Both the position numbers and the translations under genes were made by a program. Below, one piece after another: positions 39,114 to 53,378 of a stretch of 64,000 nucleotides of DNA. The stretch is taken from contig OZ024742.1 of the NCBI GenBank assembly GCA_964016885.1, forward strand, positions 213,714,001 to 213,778,000. The letters are read 5' to 3'. Each line of letters begins with the position of its first letter. The stretch's first letter is position 1. This DNA is from Eledone cirrhosa (Eukaryota). Below the pieces are notes generated by a model. It searched no databases and was not told where the DNA came from. It worked only from the letters and a program-made list of their open reading frames with translations.

Positions 39114-40304
39114 GGTGTAGAGACCGTTGTAGTGTCATCATTTTCCTGGTTTTTCTATCAAGCTCAGTTTTTACCTTCATGTTTTTTCATTTGTCTGGAG
39201 TTGAGTCATGTCTAGTATCTTGTTTTGTATTGCAATGCTAATATCTCACCAGCATTACATTGCTGAAGGTATTTACATGGCTGAAGAGTTTAGTTTATAT
39301 CAACTCTGTAATGCTTTCTCCCAGTAGCATTGCTAGGACATTGATTTCCAGAAGTCATACCAAGTATAGTGGGGTGTATCGATGTTAAAACCTATATTCC
39401 TCTGAAAAATGTCATCACCCTTACCCATCAATAATTCAGTATAGAATATATGGGCTGACATACCCGAAACTGCATTGCTTGATTAGTGGAGAACTGTGAT
39501 CTCTTGACAATATTCCAGATATCAACCATCTAATCCCATTTTTTTAAATCAAAGAGATGAACTGTATTAAGAAATGCCTGACAAATGGTAATGTGCTTAA
39601 CAAAGTACACTATCTCTGCACTGTCAAGGAAATGATACAAATATCTCACTTTGAAACATTTTTAGGAAGAAGTATTGTCGATTGTTCATAATATTCATGA
39701 ACAGGATTGATATGCACAACTAAGGGGGAAGTGGTTTTAAAACCAATGGTAGGATCAGTTAGTTGATATTTGAAGATGACATGATGTTACTTAACTCGTT
39801 GAAAGGTAATCTCTGACATGCACAAGATAGGTTTGCTGCTGAGTGCTGCAAGGCAGGAATGAAAATTAGAAGAGAAGGATTGTCAATTGAGTCAACTCCA
39901 GTACATTAGTTATAGCATTTACAGAAAGCAGATTCAGAAGTTAAAAGCAGATTCAGAAGTTAAAAGCAAAATCACATATAAAATAATATAATGGAAAAGC
40001 AAAATGTGTTAGCGTTTTGGGAAAATATATTAGCTATGGTTCTTTAGTATTTAAGATGGAGAAAAAGGTTAATTGAAGATAGATAAATATATAGATAAAT
40101 ATGTCGATAGATAAATAAATCGATAAATAAATAGATAGATAGACCAGAGTATATCTAAGGGCGGGTGAGGGACAGTTCATACATGGCAGCATTCTTTCAG
40201 AGTAGTTGAGTATTTGGTAATTTCTTATGTCTATTTTACGGGGGAGAAGGGACTCTTCGAACAGCACAAATTTTAGCTACACTACGCAATAGAGAAAGAG
40301 ACAG

Positions 40305-40383
<79 letters not shown>

Positions 40384-40384
<1 letters not shown>

Positions 40385-40502
40385 AAAATGTTCAAGACCC
40401 CGACGGCAGAGCTCAAGCTGTTTCGACGGCTATTTCTAGACGCAGTCCAGAAATTGCCGTCAAAACGGGTTGAGCTCTGCCATCGGGTTCTTGAACATTT
40501 TC
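40384..40502. repeat. about 120-bp imperfect hairpin attached to a dispersed repeat
   Basis: gaaaatgttcaagaccccgacggcagagctc... / ...gagctctgccatcgggttcttgaacatttt; shorter version at 15725-15800. Confidence 0.8.
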
Positions 40503-40582
40503 TTATTACCCACTCTACTACCAAAAGTATCGAGTACTCTGGTGCGTTATGGTCCACTTAGTTCCTTACCACACTTTCTTCG

Positions 40583-40644
<62 letters not shown>

Positions 40645-40664
40645 AAAGTTTCTATTTATTTAAT

Positions 40665-40708
<44 letters not shown>

Positions 40709-40958
40709 GAGAGAGAGAGAAAGAGAGAGGGAGAGAGAGAGAGGCAGATAGATAGATATAAAGAGGGCCACTAAAAGATAAGTTTACTAAAATGTTGTGA
40801 ATGACTATAATGTGTGATTGAGTACTATGTATAACCTTTTAAAAGGCTCCAAAGAAAGTATGAAAAAATAACAAATAAATAACACAAAATATGAATAACA
40901 ACAGAATAATGCAAAACAAAAATGAAAGTGAGTTTGTATATAGATGAAGGCAACTTAC

Positions 40959-41074
40959 AGCTCGGATTGGTTTTATAATTTTACTTCTGGCATGTGAGTT
41001 TGCTAAGTTAACGATCAAGGCATTCAGAAATATTGATAGAGTTAAAATAGCCAAATTGAAACACAAGTAAATAC
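40959..41074 (-). CDS. nAChR-like subunit exon: M3 and post-M3
   Basis: ttatag acceptor, gct|gtaagt donor; (G)IYLCFNLAILTLSIFLNALIVNLANSHARSKIIKPIRA; phases fit both neighbours. Confidence 0.93.
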
Positions 41075-42483
41075 CTATAAACAACAAAATAAAACAGTTT
41101 TTAATGTAAAACGAAATGGAGAATGTAAAAGAATTTTAATGTAAACAAACAAACAAAACATGGATATATTCCCTCTATAGTCAAACAACTCTATTAAGCA
41201 ACTAGAAAAGCACTGTGTAAATACTATAGCAAGTCATTCATCATCATCATCACCACTGTTTAGCGTTCGTTTTTCCATGCATGCATGGGTTAGACGGGTA
41301 GTCCATGCCAGGAGTCAAGTCTGGCTAGAGTTGGCCATGTTGCACCTTGCTCCGGCTAGGACTGTAAATTTGACTGGGTATTTTACAGCTGGATGCCCTT
41401 CCTAACACCAACCACATTATGAAACATATATTATACACACAGATACATACACATGCACTAACACAGACACACATATATAAACAGATAGACACACAGAGAG
41501 ACACAATTTTAACTGCCTATATTTATGCTCATCTGGGGAGCCAGCTTCTCTGTACAGGGCGGGTCCTGTTTTCAAAAGTCACCCTTCTATGGCTAATATC
41601 CTTAAGGACCCCCAGATGGCAGACTGTGGTTCATTCAAAGGCTTTCTCTAGATCAACAAAAGCTGAGTGGACTAGAGCAACATGAAATAAAACATCTTGC
41701 TCAAGTACACAATGTGGTACCATGACTGAGAATTGAGCTTAACACCCTAACCACTAAACCATATGTCTTCACATATATATTAGGGTGTGGGTGTATCACA
41801 GTTTTTAGAATATGTACACCATATCCCTTCATGGCATATGAGGGTTAGCACGAGGAAGGGCATCTAGAAGCCATTTCTATATCAAATTTGTTTATAATAT
41901 GTATGTATGTATGTATGTCAGGTCACCAGTTGGTGCTACTGGTAACATGTATCCCAGTACAACCTGTCTCATGGTTGGGTCGTTGGCGACTAAACTGGCA
42001 ACCCCGCCAAGGTTTCTTGGTGAGGAGGGTGACTTTGGACATCCTACAGGACTAAAAACAAAACCTGTCAAAGGGCAAAGGAGCTCTTAAGAGTCAATGG
42101 CCATCCAAAATCACTGGGAGAGAAGACCCCTTAGCCTTTGTCAAGGCAGAATTCTAGGAGAAGGAAAACTCTGATATAACACCTGCAACTCTGATGGTAT
42201 CCAATGATGTTGACTTGTTCTTCTTTTTGGTAAATATCATCTTGGTTAAGAGAGTGGGACAGGCATTGCTTTATATCTGGAGATCTCTCTGCACTTGTCA
42301 CATGGTACCATGGGCCCAGTACTATGTGTCAATAATTGTCACAAGTGTAGTGTTTGTACCAGAGTTTTCAAGTCGCTGGCTGGACTAAAAAGGCACACTC
42401 GTTCAGTGCATCGGTAGGGGTTCTCCTATATAGATATAAAGTAGTGGCCGTACTCGAAAACGAGTTGGCAGCCACTATGTATG

Positions 42484-42536
<53 letters not shown>

Positions 42537-43128
42537 ATATTTGGGGAGGGTCATATTTGCGTAATATTGCCAGAATTAATAACAGAACACACTCACTGTT
42601 TGGTTGGTTTTCGCTTCTCGCTGTCTTTTATATATATATATCTGCGATCTAGCTTACTCGGTCCTCAATGTTGCCATTGACTGACCGGCGGTCAAAAATA
42701 ATACAGATACAATATAGACAAACACATATATATATAGTTTACATAAATCTTTCGTTGCACATCTGCAACATCGTCAGTGGTGTTATATTCATTGTTCCTC
42801 CTGTTGTGTTGTATGTCTACGCCATTTTTTTTTGTTCAGTCTGTCTATATATTTATTTATTTATTATATATATTTATATACTATATATACACAATATATA
42901 TAAAATTATATATATATATTTATATACTATATATACACAATGATATTAAATAAATGGAAACTATATTTATAAAACCATATTTATTCTATTATACCAAAGT
43001 TTTGGTACCCTTGAAATATATATAATAGAATAAATATGGTTTTATACTCTAGAAAAATTGTCGAGTGCTCTAAATCAGTTATAAACATTTATATTTGTTG
43101 AATTACCAACAAATTGGATATCCTTTTG

Positions 43129-43195
<67 letters not shown>

Positions 43196-43214
43196 TACTC
43201 CTCTAAATACCATT

Positions 43215-43360
43215 TCTCAATTCTTCTTTTGAAAGCAGAAGAACTGCGAAACCGGTAAAGGAACCAAATAACTATATTTAAAAATATATATATATATATA
43301 TATTTATTTGGTTCCTTTACCGGTTTCGCAGTTCTTCTGCTTTCAAAAGTAGAATTGAGA
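43215..43360. repeat. inverted pair of Penelope ends, each with a hammerhead-like motif, around (TA)n
   Basis: ctt-TTGAAA-gcag(aagaa)ctgc-GAAA-ccgg-TA-aag at 43226-43260 (+) and 43315-43349 (-). Confidence 0.75.
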
Positions 43361-46300
43361 TTGGGGGTTTGTGGTTTTTCTCACATCTGGTTGGTGTTTG
43401 AATGTTACTTCTGGTTTATATGGAAAAAAAGTGGCTCGAAATGGTTTTTAGAGAAGTAATTTAGTTGGTTGGTGAATAAGTATAATAAATTTCGCGCCTT
43501 TTCGCGTTACAAAGTTCTTATTACATTTGCCTTAAAAAAAGGGTGGGAGGGGGGGGGGGGGGGGTCAGGTTGTTTTTTCATATATGAGTGAAGTTTGGTT
43601 GGTTGATGCAGTTACGTGAATAAGTACATCAGCTTTTGCGACAGCTTGTGTTTGAATACTTGAATACTTAAATAAAGGTGGTTCACGAAGGCTTTTTTTT
43701 ATAAATGTAATTTGATTGGTTATAAATGAAATTATGACTGTCATGTGAACAAGTACATTAAATTTCGCGCCCGCATTTTGGAATTGTTTTTGTAGCCATT
43801 TAGAGAATTTTGTGCCAAACAAAGATAATTGTCAAGAAAAAGGGATGGAGAAATTTGTTCTGAGTATGACTGATGTGCTGAAATGTAATTTGATTGGTCA
43901 TAATTATGACTGTCACGTGAACAAGTACATTAAATTTCGCGCCCGTATTTTCGAATTTGTTTTGAAGCCTTTTACAGAATTTTGTGCCAAACAAAAGATA
44001 AAGGACAAGAAAAACGGAATGGGGAGAATTGTTCTGGTTCATTGAATATGGCTGGTGTGCTGGGGTGTCAAAATTCAGACTTTCTATTGAAATAAAGTAG
44101 AGATATGTATGATTATTTGTGTGCTGGTGTGTGTGTGTGTGTGTGTGTGTTGGATGATGATTTTCTTAGTAGAAATGGGAGAGGGAGTTGTGTGTGTGTA
44201 TGTGCGTGTGGAAGTATGGTTAGCATGTTAAGATGTAGAGAATATATGTATTTTGTATGTGTGTGTGTGTAGGAAAATGATTCCGTTAGTATAAATGGGG
44301 GAGTGAGTTATGTGTGTGAGGGTGTGGTTAGCATGTTAAGGTGTTAGAGTATTAACGTATGTTAAGGTTTATTTAGTTCTGGTTTTTATTTTCTAAAATA
44401 GAAGTGTTATGTGTGTGTGTATGTATGTGTCTGTTTGGATGGTTAGCATGTTATGGTGTTGAAATAATGTATATTAAACTATATTTAATGCTGGTCTATA
44501 TTTTTGAATAAACATATTTTCCTTATTCGTATTTGTTCTGTTGTATTGTCAGCGCAAAGATAAAATGGGAAGACTTGGAATGTGGGTGTCTTATTACTTG
44601 CACATATGTCTGGATGTGCACTTAGTGGTATCTGTCTAGTGGTCGGATCTCGTAACTGTTGGCGATGAACTGTCATTCTGTTTCTGAGTGTGAGTTTAGT
44701 TTGTCCTATATAATCTTCATTGCTTCTTTACATTTAATGGCATAAAGTAGATTTTTTGATGAGCAAGTGAAGTGATATTTTACAGCAAAATTCTGTCCTG
44801 ATTGAAATGTATACGTATTGCCTTCAATGAGGTGAGTGCAGGTTCCACAATTAGAGTGCCCTCATTTTTTGACAGTTGGTTGTGGGTTTGTGGTAGGTAA
44901 TTGGGCATTGGTGAGTAATGTTTTTAGTGATTTCGGTTGTCTTTTGCTTTTGATTATTTTGTGTGTTTCAAGAGCTATTTTCATTCTTGGGTCTTGTTTC
45001 AATAGTGGGATGTTCTTGTGAATAGTGTTGTAAGCTTCCGCATTTGTGTTGAGATATATGATAGAATTTGTTTCTGTTTTCGTAATTCATCAATGCCTAT
45101 TGCTTTAACCCTTTCTATTCCATTATTTATTAGTAATGGTGGGTACTGTCTTTCGAGTAGAATTTCCTTTAATTCTTGAAGTCTTTTATTTCACGTTTCA
45201 TAATTGGAGACAATTATGCAAATTCTTCTTGCTAGGTTAAAAGGAATGTTCGTCTTCGTGTGCTTTGGATGGTTGGAGGTGAATAGCAGGTATTGTTTGG
45301 AATCTGTTGGTTTGTAGTGTATGTCAGTTTCAATATTTGTGTCTTTTTTATGATTAAGATGTCCAGAAATGGGAGTTGATCTTGGCTGTATTCCATTGTG
45401 AATTGGATGTGGTTATTAATGCCGTTAATTAACTTTTTGAAATCATTTAGTTGGTCGAGTGCGTGAGACCAACGAATGAGACAATCATCCAAGTAGCGTT
45501 TCCAATTCTCTGATAAATATTTGTGGAAGTTCAATCCGTATTTTGATTTGGACTGTTCATATATCTGGACTTCCAAGTATGCCATGACTAAGTTGGAATA
45601 AGTTGGAGCGACTCTTGTACCCAATCGCAGTCCCCGATATTTGCTTGTAAGTACTGCCATCGAAATCAAAAAAGTTGTTCTGTAAAATAAATTTTAATCC
45701 CTCGGTGATGAAGCTTTTTTTCTATTCTGTCAGGTATCTCATTGGGATATTTCTCTAGCCAGAATCCTATTGCTTCTAGTCCGTATTGGTGTGGGATCGT
45801 TGTCGATTCACTACATCGAAAGACATAATAATAGTGTCTTTGTTGACATGTTTGGGGAGGTGGTTTAAAAGGTCCAGTTCGTCTCTTACAAGGCTTGGTA
45901 TGTGTTTTAGAATTGGTTTTAGTAGTATGTCTACAAAGTAGTATGTCTGTGTGTTTCACATTGTGGGCCCGCTACAATTGGTCTTAATTTAAGGTCCGTG
46001 GGGTATTGTGTGTTCATGCAGGTTGAGGTGGATGGTTTACAGGCATCGTTAATTATTTTACACTTGTGGATCTTCGGAAGTCCGTAAAAGTTGCTGGTTT
46101 TGTATTCAAAATGTGTTAAATAATCGCGTTCCTTTTTAGTTAACTCTTCCTGGTATCGACAAATGAATGTGTTTAATCTGGTCATCGTTTTTGATTGCTG
46201 GTAGTTATTTTACTCTTTCATAGTAGTTAGTATCTTGTAAGAGAGAAAACATAGAATTTTTATATTGTTCATCATCCATAATGACGACAGTGCTTCCCTT

Positions 46301-46750
46301 GTCCGCTTCCTTAATTATAATGTCAGTATTGTTTTTTAGTTCATGAATAATATCCCATTCCCTTCGACTCGTGTTGGGTTTGGGTTTAAGTTGCGATAGT
46401 TCATGGTATTAGAAGTTGCTATGTTGTCACAAAATTTGTCCAGAACTCTGTTTCTACCTTTTGTTGGGTTGTAGGTGCTTTTATTCCGTACAATTGATTG
46501 GTCGTTATTCTCCTTGTCAAAAAATTCCTCTGTGAGACGTAATTTTCTACAGAAGTGTGAGATATCGTCATTTATCTCATTGAGGTTAGAATATTGTGGT
46601 GTTAGTGTGAATTTCAGTCCTTTGGAGAGAATTTTAACTTGTTGGGCTGAGAAGTTTGTATTTGAAAGGTTGATTATTTTCGGTTTTTCAAAATCGGTTT
46701 GTGCTACCGAGTGTCGTGGGTCCTGTAGGCTTGCTCTAAAATATGATTTT
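43300..46750 (-). mobile_element. near full-length Penelope-like element (Neptune-like), decayed
   Basis: IINLS...LSKGLKF N-terminus, FYGLPKIHK, LRPIVAG, GTRVAPTYSNL, RYLDD, LPFLDI, LLY...YIGQT GIY-YIG; long 3' repeat ending in hammerhead-like motif and AATAAA. Confidence 0.9.
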
Positions 46751-46796
46751 TCTGAATTGTTTTTTCATGGGTATATATATATATACTTCATTTTTG

Positions 46797-47240
46797 AATT
46801 TGTTTTGCAAGATTTATCTGAAAACGTGTGTTGAAACAGATATTGTTATACTTTGGGAGGGTCATGCTGCCGATAAAAACACACGCAACTGTTGTTTTTT
46901 TACTTCAATTTATTGTATATTTCCGGTTGGTTGGTTCGATAACCGGAAGGTTGTTTATATATTGTCACAGCTCTTTCGTCAAATAAGATGGTGTAGGACA
47001 GAACAAAGGAGAGACACAAAATAAAAACCAAGTCACTGAGGAGGTCACAGAATGTGTGACAAAAGTGCTTTGACAATATATAAACAACCTTCCGGTTATC
47101 GAACCAACCAACCGGAAATGTATAATAAATTGAAGTGAAAACCAACAGTTGCGTGTGTTTTTATAGGCAGCATGACCCTCCCAAAGTATAGCAATATCTG
47201 TTTCAACACACATTTTCAGATAAATCTTGCAAAACAAATT
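46797..47240. repeat. inverted repeat (about 185-bp arms) of a Penelope terminal repeat; degenerate hammerhead at 47032-47074
   Basis: 46797-46981 is approximately the reverse complement of 47056-47240; same family as 1410-1680. Confidence 0.88.
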
Positions 47241-47453
47241 ATCGAACTAACGAACCGGAAACTGGTGACCCAATACAAGCTGCCAGCCTCTAAGCTTCTT
47301 ATCTAAATAAATTCACTGAATGTCATCTTTAATGTCACTACAGCGCATATACACATTGATTCTTGTGAACATAGATCACCATAAGTCTTTTTACATTCTA
47401 GCAATGGTATTTAATGAGGTTCTGAATAATTGACCACTGCATTCAGAAACTTA

Positions 47454-47484
<31 letters not shown>

Positions 47485-47859
47485 CTTATATATTATTATC
47501 TAAGTCTAAAGTCTATCTTAAGCCAGAAGGCTTTTTAGGCCGGTGCTTATCCCGGTTTCATGGCATAAAGCGACTGAAAGCACAAAACTTCCTCCTGGAC
47601 AGGACGCCAGTTCATCGCAGGGTTAAACCCTCAGCTATTGCTGGTACTCATTTTCAGCTGAGTATACTGGAGAAACATGAAATGAATTGTTTTGCTCAAG
47701 AACACTACACGCATGAATCAAACCCATGACATTATGATCATAAATCCAGCACCCTTACCACTAGGCCAGGTACCTCCACATATATATACATATATATACT
47801 TATATATATATAAGTACGAAACTAATACGATTTTATGTTAATGCATTCTCTTGTTTATT

Positions 47860-49250
47860 CGTTTTTTGTTTCCTTGATATATACTTCCACGCTTACATGG
47901 ACTCCCACCCAGAACCCCTGGATTACCCTTTGATTACTCCTGGATTTCCCTCGGATTTCCCTCGGATTACCTACGGACTCCGACTCTTGGATATTTTGAT
48001 TTACATTCGCAAAACAAATCTCCGCGACTGACCACCTACTTTGCTCTCTTTGTTTCTCTCTACTTGCCTTTACCCCCATCCACCCATCATGTTCAACCAG
48101 AAATCCTTCCTCCGCCACCTTCACTCCTCCCTAAAAGTGTATCTCACCTCCTCCCCCACTTCTGAATCCAGCTCGCACTCCGCCTCTCTCCCTCCTTCTC
48201 GTTAAAAAAACCCTGATACTCCAGACCCATCACCTTCCTCAGCTGCTGCCTCGACCTCCATCTCATCTGCCTTCCCTTTCACCCCATGACCTACCTCCTT
48301 CCATCGACCCCATCCCCACCTGATCTGCCTGCCATCTCATGCACGCCACGCTCTGCTCTACCCTCTCCCTATTCCGCACCATCGACCGCGCACACCTTCC
48401 TTCTTCTTTATTCCACCTGTCACCCTTTCTTCACACAAACCACCCACCTCTTCATCTCTCACCTCAATCATCTACTTTTTAACTGCCTCACCTCCACCAA
48501 ACTCCGTAAACTTAATTCCCTCCTTGTCCCCATCCTCACGACCCGCCCACTCCTCACACTCCCACCCCAGCAACTACACCCTCTCCTCCCACCACACCAC
48601 CCATTCTATGATCAACACCCCCAACCGAAACCCCACCCATCCCATCGTACCACCACACCGCCAACCCACAACTTGTTACTATATCCCCAACTTCCTCCTC
48701 CCCGGATCTGAACGTTTCCTCCTCAATAGAGGTCTGCTCATCGTATCCTTCACAACATACAGCGACGAGGTCTGCATGGGCACCGACGTTGAGAGGTTCC
48801 CGCACCACACGAAAATATATCGTACATCATATACCGAACGGAAAGATCCCCAAAGACCCACTGTTGGGGAATTGGGCACTGGCACAAGAGCATGAGGACA
48901 CCCACACCTTCGTTTCAAAGATGTTTGCAAGAGATATATGAAATCAATAGAACAGGACGTCCAGAGATAGAGAGAGGTCACTAATGATCGCCCACGTTGG
49001 AGATGGGTATTATGCAAAAGGATGGAGTGAGGGGAAAAGAAGCAGAAATTTGCCTTACAGGAAAGTGTGCTCGAAGGAAGGACATCACAGTAGCATTGAA
49101 GGAGAGCATCTTCAAATGCAGCTGCTGCAAACAAGACTGTCACTCCCGTGTGGGCCTGTAGAGCCACATAAGACGCTGCACTGTCATCAGAAGCTGACAC
49201 AAAATTCTGCAGGTGCAGATCACTGCTCTTTCGAGACCAACGGATGCTGC
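47860..49250 (+). mobile_element. Penelope 5' fragment fused to an RTE-LINE 3' fragment
   Basis: SERFLLNRGL-type Penelope N-terminal remnant, then PKD.L.GEL.TG.R..G.P.LRFKDVCKR and terminal C..C.......GL.SH...C. Confidence 0.65.
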
Positions 49251-49252
49251 TT

Positions 49253-49310
<58 letters not shown>

Positions 49311-49474
49311 AATGAGTGAAGATACCTTAAACGATATCTCGTTAACTTATATATATATATATATATATACACGTATAGGCATTTTGTTACTCTGGTATAC
49401 ACCAATGTCATTGCTTGGGAAGGATGCCAACCTGAAAGCATTTCAAAGGATATTCTCCAAAGGATATAACTTAC

Positions 49475-49558
49475 CAACATAAGGAAGTTCTTCTGAAGGT
49501 GGTAGAACTGATACGAGATATAATAAAAGAACGAAGAAGGCCATGAACAACCCAAAAC
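49475..49558 (-). CDS. nAChR-like subunit exon: M2 and M2-M3 loop
   Basis: tttag acceptor, g|gtaagt donor, 84 bp, phase 1-1; (G)FGLFMAFFVLLLYLVSVLPPSEELPYV(G). Confidence 0.93.
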
Positions 49559-51008
49559 CTAAATGAAAGAGAAATGAATATAATAATACATAATCACCAT
49601 CCTTATTGTCATTCCTCTTCTTCCTGTTCCTTATCATTTTCATAGTCCTAAAACATCATCACCCCTTTCTATTCTGAGTTGAAATCCAAATGGAGTTAAC
49701 ATAGCCTTTCTTACTTGTGAGAGAGGTATTGGCAGATAAAATAAGTACCAGTCAAATATTGGATCTCGATAGAATTGATTACCTCATGGTCCCTGAGTAG
49801 GTCTGTGCAGTAGGGTTAAGGCTGGGTGTAAAAGGGTGAAGACCCCATTCGGTCACGAATGACCATGGGATTTGTACCTAGAAAATTCTCCTCCAAGGTA
49901 CAGTCCAGACAAGGTTGTTTGTGGAAGACCAGCAGTTGCCCATGCATACAAGCCTCCCCTCTCCACACCAGTGATGTTGTCCAAGGGAAAGGCAAAGGCC
50001 GAAACAGCTTGACACCAGTGACGTCGCAACTCATTTCTACAGCTGAGTCAACTGGAGCAACGTGAAATAAAGTGCCTTGCTCAAGAACACAACGCAAAGC
50101 CCGGTCCAAAAATTGAATTCACCTCCTCACGATTGTAAGCTTAGCGTTCTAACCACTAACCCACACGCCTTCTCATGGCTAGGTGTAGGCATTGCATAAC
50201 TAATGAGATGAATTTGTAGGTTATGCCTCGTCATTCGTGCAATTACATGCAAGTTGTCGGGTTAGTCTGGACTTACACAACAGCAACAACAACCATTTGG
50301 TTATCTAACCACTACGACAACAAAAACAGAAAATCCCAATGGCGCAAGAAGGCTTCTTAACATCTAGGGACTTTGGGCATCCTTAGCTTAACTAATAGAC
50401 ATGGTCGGCCAGAGGAAATGTTGCATCTAATCACCCTGACCACAGAAGAGAATTCATCTCGTCCCTCATTGTGATATGCTTCTGCAACAGCTCCATAACT
50501 ATATAAGTAAAAACAAAAAAAATGTATGTTGTTGTTTATCCTTGGTGAGGCTTTTTCAGCTGATTCGATCTCACGGTCACCTTTTGGACAACACTTCTGG
50601 ACTACCTAAGTCTTGCGAATAAATTTGGACTAATGGAAACTGAGTAGAAGTTTTTCAAATGAATTATGCCTGTAATTCAAATGTTCAGCCTTGTCACATA
50701 CTGTGTCATTAGGCTTGAACACATATCTGTAAATTACTTGATCACATACATATTAAGTTAACGTAGAAAATGATATAGGACCCATCATTATATCGCTGGA
50801 AATGACGAGTTAATGACAGTACAACAGGTAACAGTTACCTGGACATATCACGTCAGAAACAAACATACATACATGTACGTAAAAATAGGACTTTGGTAGT
50901 AACAAGCTGATAACTATTCTAAACATATACATTTTAAGAGAGTGATAACAAAAAGAAAGAATATAATAGTTGACAGCTGAAAATATCCCCGATTTTACTT
51001 TTACTCAC

Positions 51009-51378
51009 CTAATGTGACTTTATCGGACAAATCTGATGGTAGTAAGAAAAGGACGAGGCTGAGGGATGACAGCAGAAAACAAGGCAGCAGGAATGTGTAG
51101 AAAAACACTGTGGCATGACGTGTAAAGTGAAAGTGTATCTTCAGGTTGACATAAGGGACATTACAGCCTATGCATGTATTGAGAACCCTATCTGTAGCGA
51201 CGTGTCCCACCTTCCACAATGGATGTTTGTTAATGTTCCAGGTAGGGATGTCATGTTTGACAAAGTTCAAATCCATATGCTGGATGTCGTAGATCTCGGA
51301 ACCAAGGACGAGTGTACAGATCTGTGTGTCAAACGGGAATAACGTGGTATTTGGACGGCATTGTGCTTGATATTTCGT
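51009..51378 (-). CDS. nAChR-like subunit exon: Cys-loop, loops B/F/C, M1, start of M2
   Basis: ttccacag acceptor, g|gtgagt donor; CRPNTTLFPFDTQIC (C-x13-C with FPFD), pre-M1 Arg, M1 FLLPCFLLSSLSLVLFLLP, SDKVTLG. Confidence 0.96.
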
Positions 51379-52161
51379 CTGTGGAAAGAAAACAAAAATA
51401 GATAGTAATATAAATATAGATAGAAATAAAGTAGTATAGTTAATATGAAGCATTGTGAGATACGTAATAATTGATTTGTAAGGACATCAGAATACCGGAA
51501 CAATACGGCAGAAAGGACAAATGATGACAAATAAAACAAAACAAATGTTTTTTACCCAGTGTGTTTCAATTGCTGCATTGAAACCTAACCTGATACTTCA
51601 TGCATCAAATATCTGTACACATAGAGGGTGTATGGCTCATTTAAAAGTTTGTTTTGCTCTTCACCCTTCACCGGAGAGTAGGGAAAGATGAATATGTAAT
51701 ATACTGGGTGCTGAGGACCAGGTTAATAACACCTTTCTCTATTCCCCGTAGACAGGTGAGAATCTGAAATGATAGGTGTTTCTCACTTCACAGCAATTAA
51801 AATTATTGATATTTTACAAAACATCTTGATTAATCGTTACCGATGCAGACTTTTATTTGTTTTCAGTTTTCTGGACTTTACATTGCATGATTTACGTGAA
51901 TTAGTTACTGGTCTGTTCAAGTGTTCAAACAGAAGTGATTATGGCTGCCATGAGACGATTATAGCAAGAAAAGTAACAACAACAGTATCATCTCTACCAC
52001 TACCACCACCAACAATGACAACAGTACTATCATTACCACCATCAACAGTACACAACTGTTTCAGGTTTGATCTCTATACGTTGGACAAGTGTCTGCTACT
52101 GTAATTTCGAGATGGTTAATGACTTTCTTTTGAAATTGGTAGACGGAATTCATGGGAAATC

Positions 52162-52193
<32 letters not shown>

Positions 52194-53378
52194 CGCACAC
52201 GCGCACACACACACATTTATGCTTACACTTATATGTAAGAAATATTAGTTCATAGTTCTTTGTTAGTCCTATACCAACCGTACATATCGACTCCGAATTA
52301 TACAATAGGGTCTTTTGGGATTGTTCTTATGGATGGCTGCCCTAAGGCTGTTTTAACTGATTACAATAATATACAAGCAGTGTATTAGAGTAAAACACAT
52401 TATTAGTAAACCATTCAGAAAATATCAAATTAAACCACCACACCCACTGGTGAATCTCCCAGTTTTTTTTAAAATCATTTTATATAATTAGTAAACTATT
52501 TTTTAATATAAAAATAAATAGGTTCATCGAATTCAAGGTTTACGTAATTGGAAATATATTTTGCAACTTGCCGAAGTTACGTTAAGGAATGTACAGTGTT
52601 TGTTAGGAGCTACGAACTCAGCAAGGACATATAAAATGAATTGTTTTTGTTTTTTCTCAATGATTTTCATCATAAATTAGTATTTAAAAGAAATTCCTCT
52701 GTAGAAATAATAGTTTCTGATTTAGGCACAAGGCCAGCAATTTTGAAGAGAAGTGGGAAAGTCGATTAAATCGACCGTAGCGCGTTATCGACCCTGTAAA
52801 AAGCAAGGCTAACCTTGGCGGGATTTGAACTCAGAACATAAAGGGCCGTGACTCTATGCCACGAAGCATGTTGCCCGACGCTCAACCGATACTGCCAATT
52901 CACCACCCTTCTTGTAGAAATAATAATAATAATAATTGTTTCTACTTTAGGCACAAGGCCAGCAATTATCCAGTGCATTACTGGTACTTTATTTTATCGA
53001 CCCCGTAAGGATGAAAGGCAAAGTCAACATCGGCGGGATTTGAACTCAGATCGTAAAGGGACGTAACTATGCTGGAAAGCATGGCGTCCGACCCTCTACC
53101 GATACTGCCAATCCACCGCCCTTATAATAATAATGATTTCATTTATTGGCCACAAGGGCCGACATATAGGGGACAATACAAAAGACTGGGACAGTGGGGT
53201 TTTACAGAAAAATCGAGTAAACACTATGAATAACAATAACAAAGTAACAATAAAAATACAAGAAAAATTCCTCAATATGGGGGGATGACCACCCAGGGTT
53301 CGCTCAGGTACACCACCAATCCTGAACGACCCGACGCTTCGAGAGCACCCTGGAAGGGCACCCATCTCTTCCTCAAAT

